From positions 18,550-82,549 of the forward strand of contig JAQIBS010000018.1 of NCBI GenBank assembly GCA_027858965.1: DNA of 64,000 nt. Direction: 5' to 3'. The notes under the pieces are model-generated. The model was given only the letters and a program-made list of their open reading frames with translations, made no database searches and was not told the origin of the DNA. This DNA is from Kiritimatiellia bacterium. Lineage in GTDB: Bacteria > Verrucomicrobiota > Kiritimatiellia > RFP12 > UBA1067. Shown one piece after another: positions 48,437 to 57,505 of this stretch. A program made the translations under genes and the position numbers. Each line of letters starts with the position of its first letter. The stretch's first letter is position 1.

Positions 48437-48525
48437 CGGCCATTTTATCCCGCCTTAGCTTTAGCGGCGGCGGAAGCCGAAGGCGACGGCTGTTTGTTGC
48501 AGCTTCTGAGCTATAAGCAACTAAC
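48433..48525. repeat. Dispersed element (copy of 18962-19023) with a nested ~31-bp hairpin insertion
   Basis: Same sequence interrupted by TTTATCCCGCCTTAGCTTTAGCGGCGGCGGA. Confidence 0.8.
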
Positions 48526-48892
48526 AGTGCATCGAGTTAACTATCTCTATTAGTAAACCCGCCATCAGGTCTGAATCTCCCAGGTGAGGAGCAATCTTGA
48601 TGGACACATCGGGGTGTTGTTTTGCAGCCTCTTTGACTATGTCGGGAATGTCAGAAACAACATGGCGGCCGGAGTTGAGAAAATAGGGAATCAGGGTGAT
48701 TGAGCTTGCTCCCTCTTTAATACACGCTACGATACCTTCTGGGATCGAGGGTTTAGCAACATCCAGAAAAGCCGTATGGACGATATCATAGTTGATAGAG
48801 TCATCTCTCTTGAGCTGATTTGCCAGTTCAAAAACCTCGTCGTTTGATTGTTGATGGCGGCTGCCGTGAGCGACTAATAATAATGCGTTCAA
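48521..48892 (-). CDS. CbiX/SirB-family chelatase, short single-domain form
   Basis: Motifs LLLVAHGSR, AFLD..PSI, PYFL.SGRHV..DIP, PHLG. Confidence 0.85.
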   Translation of the reverse strand: MNALLLVAHGSRHQQSNDEVFELANQLKRDDSINYDIVHTAFLDVAKPSIPEGIVACIKEGASSITLIPYFLNSGRHVVSDIPDIVKEAAKQHPDVSIKIAPHLGDSDLMAGLLIEIVNSMHC

Positions 48893-48965
48893 TTAATAAA
48901 CTCCCTTTCCTGCCTTGAATCTGCGAAGCAAAGACAACTCTCGCATTCGCGCACTTCGTTTCTCT

Positions 48966-49693
48966 TCACACCTTGTATGGATGAATCCACGGTGTGCGGT
49001 ATTCCCGTTTCAGAAGTGTCGACGCTGATGGGTTGTTAACAATCTGTTCTTTTTCAGGGTTCCAGTTGACAACAGAATTGGTTTCATAGGCAATCATGGC
49101 AAGTTGGACTGTTGTTGTGGATTGGTAGCCCTGATCTATCTGGCAGCTTGAATTACCTTTCCGATTTTACCACTCGCTATAGCCTCTTTGACCTGTTGAT
49201 AGGCTGGGCTCTGTCGACGCTGGAATCCAATCTGGACAATACGGTCGGAGGCCTTGACGGCATCAACCATGGCGCGTCCTTCGCGAATGTCATAGGCCAG
49301 CGGTTTTTCGCAGTAGACATCAAGGTCTTTTTTAAGGCAGGCTATCAATTGCATTGCATGCCATTGCGGTGGGGTGCCAATAATAACAGCATCCATATTG
49401 CCAGCAGCAAGCATCTCTTTATATAGCTTGAACTCTGCTGGTCGTTTCCCTTGCAGCTTTTCCAGTTCAGCTGCACTTTTTTTCAGGTGTTCGCTATCTA
49501 TATCACAGATGGCTGTAATTTCAACGCTACCGGATTTCAGGGCCGCTTTGGCATCAACCATCCCATACCATCCAACACCGATGACTCCAATGCGGATTGT
49601 TTTTTTATTTGATTGAGCTAGTGCATTTGCGCTGGAGAGGGCAATCGTCCCTATAGCGGCTGATCCTAAAAAATTTCTGCGCGTGCTGTTCAT
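48966..49693 (-). pseudogene. Tat-exported Gfo/Idh/MocA oxidoreductase with a central deletion and frameshift
   Basis: N-half: STRRNFL, IGVIGVG, VYCEKP, QIGFQRR. Directly after ...KVIQA the family-type C-terminus follows in another frame (CQIDQGYQSTTTVQLAMIAY...WNPEKEQIVNNP...LKREYRTPW..stop 48966). Confidence 0.8.
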
Positions 49694-49805
49694 TCAGTAA
49701 ATTCCTTTATGTTAGCCATATTATAGCAAATTATTAGGTCTTTATCATCTTGTTTTTGTGCAATTAAAGGAAAAGGGGCGCATCTGCGAATCGTCCTAAA
49801 CTCTT

Positions 49806-49852
49806 GCATTCTACGTGTCAGGGCGTAGGCTTGGCGGAGACTGATGGGATGC
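49806..49852. repeat. 47-bp dispersed hairpin repeat (copy of 42484-42530)
   Basis: GCATTCTACGTGTCAGGGCGTAGGCTTGGCGGAGACTGATGGGATGC. Confidence 0.85.
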
Positions 49853-50090
49853 TATTAAAAAAAATGATAATTATTAAGGTTTAGAGTGGCGCAAAGCGAA
49901 GGGTTTTGATATTATTTTTACCTTCTTGTCCCAGATAGGGGCATTTGCAGGGTGTGTTTCTTCCGGTCGGGTGACCGGTAAACTAAACGCTACCCTATTT
50001 TTATTAACACTTAAAACGTCTGAGTGAAGAGCGTTGATTTTATGCAAAATCAGCAATGGTTCTCTTTAACCAGATTGGAAACCCATTCAT

Positions 50091-51836
50091 ATGGCAATTC
50101 GTAAACCCCAAGCTGCAAAACCCAAAACCGGTCCAATGTACGAGGCAATGGAGGCAGCTCTGAGCGAGCAGATGAATCAGTTCGTTGCAAACTCAATCAT
50201 TAAGGGTAAAGTCAGTGGTATCAAAGGTAATGAAGTACTGATTGATATCGGCTATAAATCTGAAGGTATCATTAACGCTAACGAGTTTGAAGATATATCA
50301 ACTATAAACGTTGGTGATGTTGTTGATGTCCTGCTTGTAGAGCTTGAGAGCGACAACGGCATGGTTAACCTCAGCAAGGGACGCGCTGACGAGAAGCTAC
50401 GCTGGGATGCAGTATTAGAGAAGTATACAGAGGGTGGCGTTGTTACTGGTATTATCCGTAGTAAAGTGCGCGGTGGCCTGATCGTTGATGTAGATGGCGT
50501 TGATGCATTTCTGCCGGGTTCTCAGGTTGATGTGACACCTGTTTCAGATGTCGACGCATTCGTAGGTAAAAGTTTTGAATTTAAAGTTATCAAGATCAGC
50601 AATGAGCGCAGGAACATTATTGTCTCCCGTCGTGAGCTGGTTGAAGAGCGCATGGCTGATAAAAAACGCGAGCTGCTTGCTTCCATTGAAAAGGGACAGA
50701 CTCGTAATGGCCGCGTAAAGAATATCACCGACTTCGGTGCGTTTGTTGATCTGACAGGTCTGGATGGTCTGCTGCATATCACAGATATGAGCTGGGGCCG
50801 TATCAAGCATCCGTCTGAAATGCTTAAGGTTGGTCAGGAAATCGATGTGATGATCCTGGACGTTGATATGGATCGCGAACGCGTATCACTTGGCCTGAAA
50901 CAGGCTACACCTAATCCCTGGCAGGATATCGAAGGTAACTTCCCGATTGGCAGCCGCCTGCGTGGCAAGGTTGTTAACCTTGTGCCTTACGGTGCGTTTG
51001 TTGAAATTCAGCCTGGTATTGAAGGACTGGTTCACGTATCTGAGTTCTCCTGGACCAAACGTGTTGCCCGCGCCTCTGATGTATTGGCTTGTGGTGATGA
51101 GGTTGACGTGGTTGTTCTGAGCATTGATGCAGATAACCAGAAGATTGCTCTTGGTATCCGCCAGACAGAGGATAACCCTTGGGACACCGTGCAGGATCGT
51201 TATCCTGTTGGCAGCCGTATCAGCGGCAAGGTCCGCAACTTCACAACTTACGGTGCATTCGTTGAGTTGGAAGAGGGTATTGACGGTATGATTCACGTTT
51301 CCGATATGTCTTGGACACGTAAGATCAATCATCCTAGCGAGGTCCTGCAGAAGGGTCAGCAGGTAGATGCTGTTGTTCTTGAGGTTAACCCTGGTGATCA
51401 GCGTATCAGCCTTGGATTGAAACAGGCTAGCGATGATCCATGGAACACAATTACCACCCGTTTTGCAATCGGTCAGATTGTTAAGGGCAGTGTTTCCAAG
51501 ATCGCTTCATTCGGTGCATTCGTTGAGCTGGAAGATGGCGTTGATGGTCTGGTTCATATCTCACAGATTTCTGATCAGCACATTGAAAAGGTTAAAGATG
51601 CTCTTAAGGTCGGTGACGATGTTGAAGCCCGTATCGTTAAGATCGATAGTGAAGAACGTCGTATCGGTTTGAGTATCAAAGCTGTTAACATGGATGAGAC
51701 CGAGGTTGAAGAGTTGACCCGTGATCTGAATGTTATAGATCTGAAACCTGGTGAAAACCTGGTTGGTCTGGCTGCTGCATTCGATGATGCTTTCGCACAG
51801 AGCGAAAGCGAAGAGTGGCATCCTGGCGATCAGTAA
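50091..51836 (+). CDS. rpsA: 30S ribosomal protein S1
   Basis: Six S1 domains (DIGYKSEG, AFLPGSQ, FGAFVDL..DGLLHI, etc.). Confidence 0.97.
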   Translation: MAIRKPQAAKPKTGPMYEAMEAALSEQMNQFVANSIIKGKVSGIKGNEVLIDIGYKSEGIINANEFEDISTINVGDVVDVLLVELESDNGMVNLSKGRADEKLRWDAVLEKYTEGGVVTGIIRSKVRGGLIVDVDGVDAFLPGSQVDVTPVSDVDAFVGKSFEFKVIKISNERRNIIVSRRELVEERMADKKRELLASIEKGQTRNGRVKNITDFGAFVDLTGLDGLLHITDMSWGRIKHPSEMLKVGQEIDVMILDVDMDRERVSLGLKQATPNPWQDIEGNFPIGSRLRGKVVNLVPYGAFVEIQPGIEGLVHVSEFSWTKRVARASDVLACGDEVDVVVLSIDADNQKIALGIRQTEDNPWDTVQDRYPVGSRISGKVRNFTTYGAFVELEEGIDGMIHVSDMSWTRKINHPSEVLQKGQQVDAVVLEVNPGDQRISLGLKQASDDPWNTITTRFAIGQIVKGSVSKIASFGAFVELEDGVDGLVHISQISDQHIEKVKDALKVGDDVEARIVKIDSEERRIGLSIKAVNMDETEVEELTRDLNVIDLKPGENLVGLAAAFDDAFAQSESEEWHPGDQ

Positions 51837-51845
51837 TCGTTTCTG

Positions 51846-51882
51846 AAAAAAGGGCGTCTGGCAACAGACGCCCCTTTTTTTT
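51846..51882 (+). terminator. Intrinsic terminator of rpsA
   Basis: GGGCGTCTG-GCAA-CAGACGCCC followed by a T-tract. Confidence 0.9.
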
Positions 51883-51933
51883 GACTTATATTTTTTTATT
51901 GTAACCACAAAGAACACAAAGAACACAAAGAAA

Positions 51934-53208
51934 ATGGCGAACGTATTACAAACTTTCAAGGACCGTTACCTTTTTGAAGATATGACCAGCCCTGACCTGG
52001 AAAAGCTGCTGGACAGCCCCACTACAGTTTATGCAGGATTCGATCCGACGGCCGAGAGTCTGCAGGCTGGTAATTTTGTAACGATTATGGCTTTGGCTCA
52101 CCTGCAGCGGCAGGGCCATAAGGTCATTGCTTTGGTTGGCGGTGCTACCGGCCTTATTGGCGACCCCTCCGGCAAGTCAAAGGAGCGTAATCTCCTGACT
52201 TCACTAACAGTGGAACGCAATCTTGAGGGCATCAAAGAGAATCTTTCCCGGTTTTTGAATTTTGATCCTGACTCCGGAAATCCCGCCATCATGGTAAATA
52301 ACTATGACTGGTTTAAGGATCTCTCTTTTGTTGATATCCTGCGCGATGTCGGTCGTTTCTTTCGCATGACCCAGATGCTCAGTAAGGAGAGTGTTAAGAA
52401 ACGCCTCGACTCAGACGAAGGTATGAGCTTTACCGAGTTCTGCTACCAGATTCTGCAGGGCTACGATTTCTATCATCTCTATAAAGAGTATGGATGTCGC
52501 ATGCAGATTGGTGGTACGGATCAGTGGGGTAATATCACTGCCGGAACTGATCTGGTTCGTAAGCTTGCCGGGGTAGAAGTTTATGGTATGACCTTTCCGC
52601 TGGTATGCGACAGCAATGGCAATAAATTTGGCAAAAGCGAAGGCAATGCGGTTTATCTCGATGCTGATAAAACCTCGTATTATGATTTCTATCAGTTCTT
52701 CATGCGTACGCTTGACTCTGATACGGTTCGCTATCTAAAGATATTTACATTCCTCTCGGATGAACGGATTGATGAGCTGGCCAAGTGCGTTGAGAGTGAA
52801 CCTGAACGCCGTGAAGCGCAGAAGGTGCTGGCGGAAGAGTTGACCCGCTGTGTGCATGGAGAGAAGGGATTTAACATTGCTTTGAAGGCAACTGAAGTTC
52901 TCTTCGGTGGTTCTCTTGAAGGACTCGGCGCTGAGGATCTGGAAAAGATTTTTTCCAATGTTCCCTCTGGAACTCTCAATTGCGATGAGGTGATTGGCAA
53001 ACCCGCATTCGAAGTGATCGCCGCTGCTAAAATGACTAACAGTAAGGGCGATGCCCGTCGCTTGGTTCAGCAGGGTGGCCTGAGTATCAATAATGTCAAG
53101 GCCGCTGGACTTGAGCGGAAAATCAGCACCGATGATCTGATAGAAAATCGCCTGATGGTTCTGCGAAGTGGTAAGAAAAAATTCTTCCTGCTTAAAGTAG
53201 AAGGTTGA
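51934..53208 (+). CDS. tyrS: Tyrosyl-tRNA synthetase
   Basis: YAGFDPTA, YQILQGYDF, QIGGTDQWGNI, KFGKS; C-terminal S4-like domain. Confidence 0.97.
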   Translation: MANVLQTFKDRYLFEDMTSPDLEKLLDSPTTVYAGFDPTAESLQAGNFVTIMALAHLQRQGHKVIALVGGATGLIGDPSGKSKERNLLTSLTVERNLEGIKENLSRFLNFDPDSGNPAIMVNNYDWFKDLSFVDILRDVGRFFRMTQMLSKESVKKRLDSDEGMSFTEFCYQILQGYDFYHLYKEYGCRMQIGGTDQWGNITAGTDLVRKLAGVEVYGMTFPLVCDSNGNKFGKSEGNAVYLDADKTSYYDFYQFFMRTLDSDTVRYLKIFTFLSDERIDELAKCVESEPERREAQKVLAEELTRCVHGEKGFNIALKATEVLFGGSLEGLGAEDLEKIFSNVPSGTLNCDEVIGKPAFEVIAAAKMTNSKGDARRLVQQGGLSINNVKAAGLERKISTDDLIENRLMVLRSGKKKFFLLKVEG

Positions 53209-53335
53209 AATAGTTTAAATGGTTGAATAAGTTAAAGGTCAGGCTTATGATTGTCTGACCTTATTTCAACCACTTTAACCTCTTCAACCACTTTAACCTC
53301 TTCAACCTCTTTAACCTTTTTAACCACTTTAACCT
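53203..53335. repeat. Inverted tandem 9-mer hairpin (GGTTGAA.. vs TTYAACCWC)
   Basis: Core stem AAGGTCAGGC...GTCTGACCTT flanked by 9-mer arms. Confidence 0.8.
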
Positions 53336-53343
53336 TTCTTACT

Positions 53344-54366
53344 ATGACAATCAACGGACAACAAGTAGAATTCATCGAAGGCGCAACTATCCTCTCAATT
53401 GCCACCGCTGCAGGCATTTACATACCTACGCTCTGTTATAAGGTGGGATTGCATCCCGCTGGTGGCTGCGGCGTTTGCGTAGTGGAAGATCTCGATACCG
53501 GTAAGATCATGCCCTCCTGCGCCACAGTGGCCATTGACTCGCTTAACCTCGACTCCAACTCGGATAAGGTAACCGCTATCCGCAACTCTGCTCTTGAACT
53601 TTTGCTCAGCGACCATCCTGCCGATTGCGAAGCTCCCTGCCGGATGGCCTGTCCATCAGGTTTGCCTGTTCAGAAGATGCTGGGACTTGTGGCAGAGCGC
53701 GATTGGGAAGATGCCAAAAACTTGGCACTGCAATATCCGTTTGTCTGTGGTGACTCTCTTTGTCAGACGCCCTGTGAAAAGGTATGTCGTCGTTCTAAGC
53801 TCGGTGGTCCTGTGGCTATCTGTGCAATTCATCGCATGCTCTGTGATGACGTAGCGGTTGATTCCGTGAAAAAGGAGCCGTCAACACATAAATTCCGCTC
53901 TCGTATGAAGGGTCTCTCTGATGAGCTTATGTTGGAGATGGCTGATGAAAAGGGATTGCGAATATATTCCTGCAGTACTCCGATTGATAAGGAACTCGCG
54001 GTGTATGAGGCCAGACGTTGTTTGCAGTGCGGCTGTGGCAGGCCGGATGATTGTGAACTGCGTGATCTCTGCGGTTCTCTGGGTGTGAAACAGGGCAATG
54101 CAACCGGAACAACGCGTGCCATTGTACGCGAGAGCGGAGCTTTTGGATTTAAGTTTAATAGTTCCCGTTGTATTCTTTGTGGACGCTGTGTACGAGAGAT
54201 GCAGCAGCACCCCAGCGACAAGATCGGCCCTGCCTATCATGGACGCGGTTTTGATGCCCGTATTGGACCACCGCTGGGTCGTACCTGGGATGATATGGAT
54301 CAGGAAACGGTGAACGCCTGTGTCGCAGTATGTCCCACCGGTGCAATGGTTGCTGAGAAGGGCTAA
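53344..54366 (+). CDS. Fe-S cluster protein (NuoG/FdhF-like 2Fe-2S N-terminus, GltD-like and ferredoxin Cys clusters)
   Basis: IPTLC..GCGVCVVE..PSC; CEAPC..ACP; CEKVCRR; EARRCLQCGC; CILCGRCV; CVAVCPTGA. The start may be TTG 53251. Confidence 0.8.
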   Translation: MTINGQQVEFIEGATILSIATAAGIYIPTLCYKVGLHPAGGCGVCVVEDLDTGKIMPSCATVAIDSLNLDSNSDKVTAIRNSALELLLSDHPADCEAPCRMACPSGLPVQKMLGLVAERDWEDAKNLALQYPFVCGDSLCQTPCEKVCRRSKLGGPVAICAIHRMLCDDVAVDSVKKEPSTHKFRSRMKGLSDELMLEMADEKGLRIYSCSTPIDKELAVYEARRCLQCGCGRPDDCELRDLCGSLGVKQGNATGTTRAIVRESGAFGFKFNSSRCILCGRCVREMQQHPSDKIGPAYHGRGFDARIGPPLGRTWDDMDQETVNACVAVCPTGAMVAEKG

Positions 54367-54525
54367 GATTGCCAGGACGAGCTTTTTGACCCGCTTCGCG
54401 GGCACGGCAATAGCCTCAAAAATCAAAGTCCTCGCAACCCAAACCCTCCTCCTTGTGGTTATGGGTTGAGGATATGCAGTTTAACCCCGCACACCTTGTT
54501 TTGTTGTTTAAGGAAAGACTATTAT

Positions 54526-56364
54526 ATGAAATTGATTAAGAATTTTTATTTAACGTATTTTTGTTTGGCTGTGGCTCTGGTTGTCGGAGGAGGGTGTATG
54601 CATGCATCCATACCTCTGACGGGACATTGGAAGATGACTGATGCCAAGGGGGCTGCGATTGTAACGGATAGTTCAGGGGAGGGGCATGATGCTGTTGTTG
54701 GTAAGGCTGTTGCCGTTGGGCTTGGTGCTAATAATAATGCGGTTGGGTTTTCAAATGACAAAGAGTCGTTTGCCTGCTTTGATTCTCCGTTTATGACCAA
54801 TCTGACCATTGCTGCCTGGGTAAAAGTCACAGGCATGGGGAATGTGGATAAACCTTATCCCCGGGTGATGGCGCTTCCCGGCTGTTATCTACATCTCGCT
54901 AAAGATCATGCGGGAAGGGTTACTTTGACATACGGTCATTCTCATCAAGGAAAAATGGGCTCATGGAGTGGATCAGGGGCTTTTTTCCTGACAAACAACT
55001 GGGCTCATGTGGCTGTAAGTTATGGAATAAACTCACCAGAAAAAAAACCGGTCTTTTATGTTAACGGTAAAATGCTGGATTTTGCAGCCGGAAAAAAGAC
55101 CGGGGCGTTTAAACCTATAAAGGAGGGAAAAGGTTTTATTGGAAATACATCCGCTGGAAACCGGCCTTTTTGTGGCTTGATGAGTGATGTGCGGCTCTAT
55201 GATGTTCTTCTTCCTGAAAAGGAGATTGCTGCGCTGGCTATGAAGACACCGGATAACAAAAAACCAATGGCATATAAAGAGTTGTTTAACGACCGTCTGC
55301 CGCTGGTGGATATTTCAGGGGATACGTACCGTCAGGTAGTGATTGCTGCTGGAACTCCTGAGATATATCAGGGACATCCTACTACCTTGCTGATGCCGGA
55401 TAAGAAGACGATGTTCTGTGTCTGGTGTATAAATCACGGAGGGCATGCCGGGCCGATGGCACGTAGCGATGATGGGGGTTTGACCTGGAAACGCTTGGAT
55501 GATACTCTCCCGTCCGAATTTATAAAACACCGCAATTGTCCCTCTATTTATCGAATTGTGGATAAGAAGGGAAAAGAGCGTCTGTGGATTTTCAGCAGCT
55601 CCCGTGGTATCGATCGCCTGATGAGTGAGGATGGTGGTAAAAGCTGGAAGGAGATGCCCCCGTTGGGATTTCCCTGCGGCATGCCCTTTACCGGTGTTGT
55701 TGCCCTTGCAGGGGGGCGTGCGGCCGCTTTCGGACAGATGCGTGCAGCAGCTGGTTCAAACGATCAGGGTGTGATGATGAGCATTACGGAGGATGGGGGG
55801 CTAACCTGGAGTAAGCCGCGGATTATTGCAAAGATGCCTGGCAAGAATCTTTGTGAACCCTTTGTTATTCGATCTCCAGATGGAAAAGAACTCTGCTGTC
55901 TGATTCGCGAGAATCACCATACAGCTAATAGCATGATGTGCTTTAGTCGAGATGAGGGAGAAACCTGGAGTGCTCCTGTGGATACATGCTGGGGTCTCTC
56001 CGGTGACCGCCATGTGGGGGTGCAGGCGCTGGATGGACGCTGGGTGATTGCGTTCAGGGACCGTGCTCTGGGTAGCTCAACCTACGGGCAGTTTGTTGCA
56101 TGGGTTGGTAGTTATGATGATATTCGTAATGCACGACCGGGCGATTTTAGAATCAGACTGCTAAACCACAGGGGTTCAGCGCGTGATGGATATGGCTGGG
56201 CTTATACAGATACCGGATATCCGGGAATGGAACTTTTGAAAGATGGAACAATTGTGGCGACAACCTATACTAAACACTGGGATGACAACCGTAAGCACTC
56301 GGTTGTCTGCACACGTTTTAAACTTGATGAGATTTCTAACAAAATAAAGAAGGAATACAAATAG
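54526..56364 (+). CDS. LamG domain + BNR/Asp-box sialidase-like lipoprotein
   Basis: Lipobox-like GGGC; LTIAAWV, WAHVAV, DVRLY; Asp boxes SDDGGLTW, SEDGGKSW, TEDGGLTW, SRDEGETW. Confidence 0.8.
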   Translation: MKLIKNFYLTYFCLAVALVVGGGCMHASIPLTGHWKMTDAKGAAIVTDSSGEGHDAVVGKAVAVGLGANNNAVGFSNDKESFACFDSPFMTNLTIAAWVKVTGMGNVDKPYPRVMALPGCYLHLAKDHAGRVTLTYGHSHQGKMGSWSGSGAFFLTNNWAHVAVSYGINSPEKKPVFYVNGKMLDFAAGKKTGAFKPIKEGKGFIGNTSAGNRPFCGLMSDVRLYDVLLPEKEIAALAMKTPDNKKPMAYKELFNDRLPLVDISGDTYRQVVIAAGTPEIYQGHPTTLLMPDKKTMFCVWCINHGGHAGPMARSDDGGLTWKRLDDTLPSEFIKHRNCPSIYRIVDKKGKERLWIFSSSRGIDRLMSEDGGKSWKEMPPLGFPCGMPFTGVVALAGGRAAAFGQMRAAAGSNDQGVMMSITEDGGLTWSKPRIIAKMPGKNLCEPFVIRSPDGKELCCLIRENHHTANSMMCFSRDEGETWSAPVDTCWGLSGDRHVGVQALDGRWVIAFRDRALGSSTYGQFVAWVGSYDDIRNARPGDFRIRLLNHRGSARDGYGWAYTDTGYPGMELLKDGTIVATTYTKHWDDNRKHSVVCTRFKLDEISNKIKKEYK

Positions 56365-57288
56365 ATGAATGGTTTCAGATTAGAGGGGCTGGTGTCAGCT
56401 CCTTTCACACCGATGTTTGCAGATGGAACAGTTAACTATGAGACGATTGAGCAACAGGCAGCCTCATTGATTGCAAATGACATTACTGGTGCCTTTGTTT
56501 GCGGGACTACCGGTGAGAGTCTCTCGCTGACAGTTCCCGAACGGAATCTGATTGTTGAACGCTGGAAGGGATTTGTAGGAACCGAGCTGAAGCTGATTGC
56601 GCATGTGGGACATACCTCAGTTGAGGCTGCTAAAGAGCTGGCGGCACATGCTGAGGCTAATGGAGCGGATGCTATCGCCTGTATGGCACCCTGTTTTTTT
56701 AAGCCTTCAAAGGTTGAAGATCTGGTCGATTTCTGTGCAAAGGTGGCATCGGGTGCTCCCGCAACGCCTTTCTATTTTTACCAGATTCCTTGTATCACCG
56801 GTGTTGCGATTCCGATGTATGATTTTCTGACTTGCGCTTCAGATAAGATTCCTACTTTGACCGGAGTTAAGTTTACCTATGAGGATCTTATGGATTTTGC
56901 CCGATGCGTGCGTCTTGAAGATGGCCGTTATGATATGCTTTTTGGCCGCGATGAAATGATGCTTTCCGGTTTGGCAGTTGGGTCAAAAGGTGCAGTCGGT
57001 AGTACCTTTAATTATACCGCTCCTGTTTATCATATGATCAGAAAAGCCTATGACAGTGGTGATATGGCCCTGGCTCAGGAGTTGCAGGAGAAGGCCAATG
57101 CTATGATTGCCGTATTGATTAAACATGGTGGATCGCCTGCCACCGGTAAGGCTTTTATGAAGTATATCGGATTGGATTGCGGGGGCGTTCGTTCACCATT
57201 GCGATCGCTTACGGATGAACAATACCAGCAGCTGGCTGCCGACGCGGATGCTGTGGGATTGCGCGAATTCGCATCTCGACTTGCTTAG
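56365..57288 (+). CDS. nanA: N-acetylneuraminate lyase (DHDPS family)
   Basis: GTTGE, YQIP, Schiff-base KFT, FGRDE, GAVGSTFN; directly follows a sialidase-like gene. Confidence 0.75.
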   Translation: MNGFRLEGLVSAPFTPMFADGTVNYETIEQQAASLIANDITGAFVCGTTGESLSLTVPERNLIVERWKGFVGTELKLIAHVGHTSVEAAKELAAHAEANGADAIACMAPCFFKPSKVEDLVDFCAKVASGAPATPFYFYQIPCITGVAIPMYDFLTCASDKIPTLTGVKFTYEDLMDFARCVRLEDGRYDMLFGRDEMMLSGLAVGSKGAVGSTFNYTAPVYHMIRKAYDSGDMALAQELQEKANAMIAVLIKHGGSPATGKAFMKYIGLDCGGVRSPLRSLTDEQYQQLAADADAVGLREFASRLA

Positions 57289-57437
57289 CATCTTTCGCGT
57301 GGAATAAAGCAACTAAAGCTAAAATCGGAACAGCCGTCAACACTCGACCTTTTGAGGGCTGAAAATGATATAAGAACACGAAGAACACGGAATACACGAA
57401 GATATTAACCACAAAAAACACTAAAATCACGATAGCA

Positions 57438-57462
57438 AAGCCTGTGTTTTGAGCACAGGCTT
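57438..57462. terminator. Hairpin between convergent genes (probable terminator)
   Basis: AAGCCTGTG-TTTTGAG-CACAGGCTT. Confidence 0.5.
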
Positions 57463-57505
57463 GATTGTTATCGGTGGGTGGTTGTGTGCCGGGTTGTGAA
57501 TTAGT

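Noticed and set aside
49900..50090. Structured RNA leader upstream of rpsA
   Set aside because: Some hairpins are present, but I cannot match a known motif by eye.
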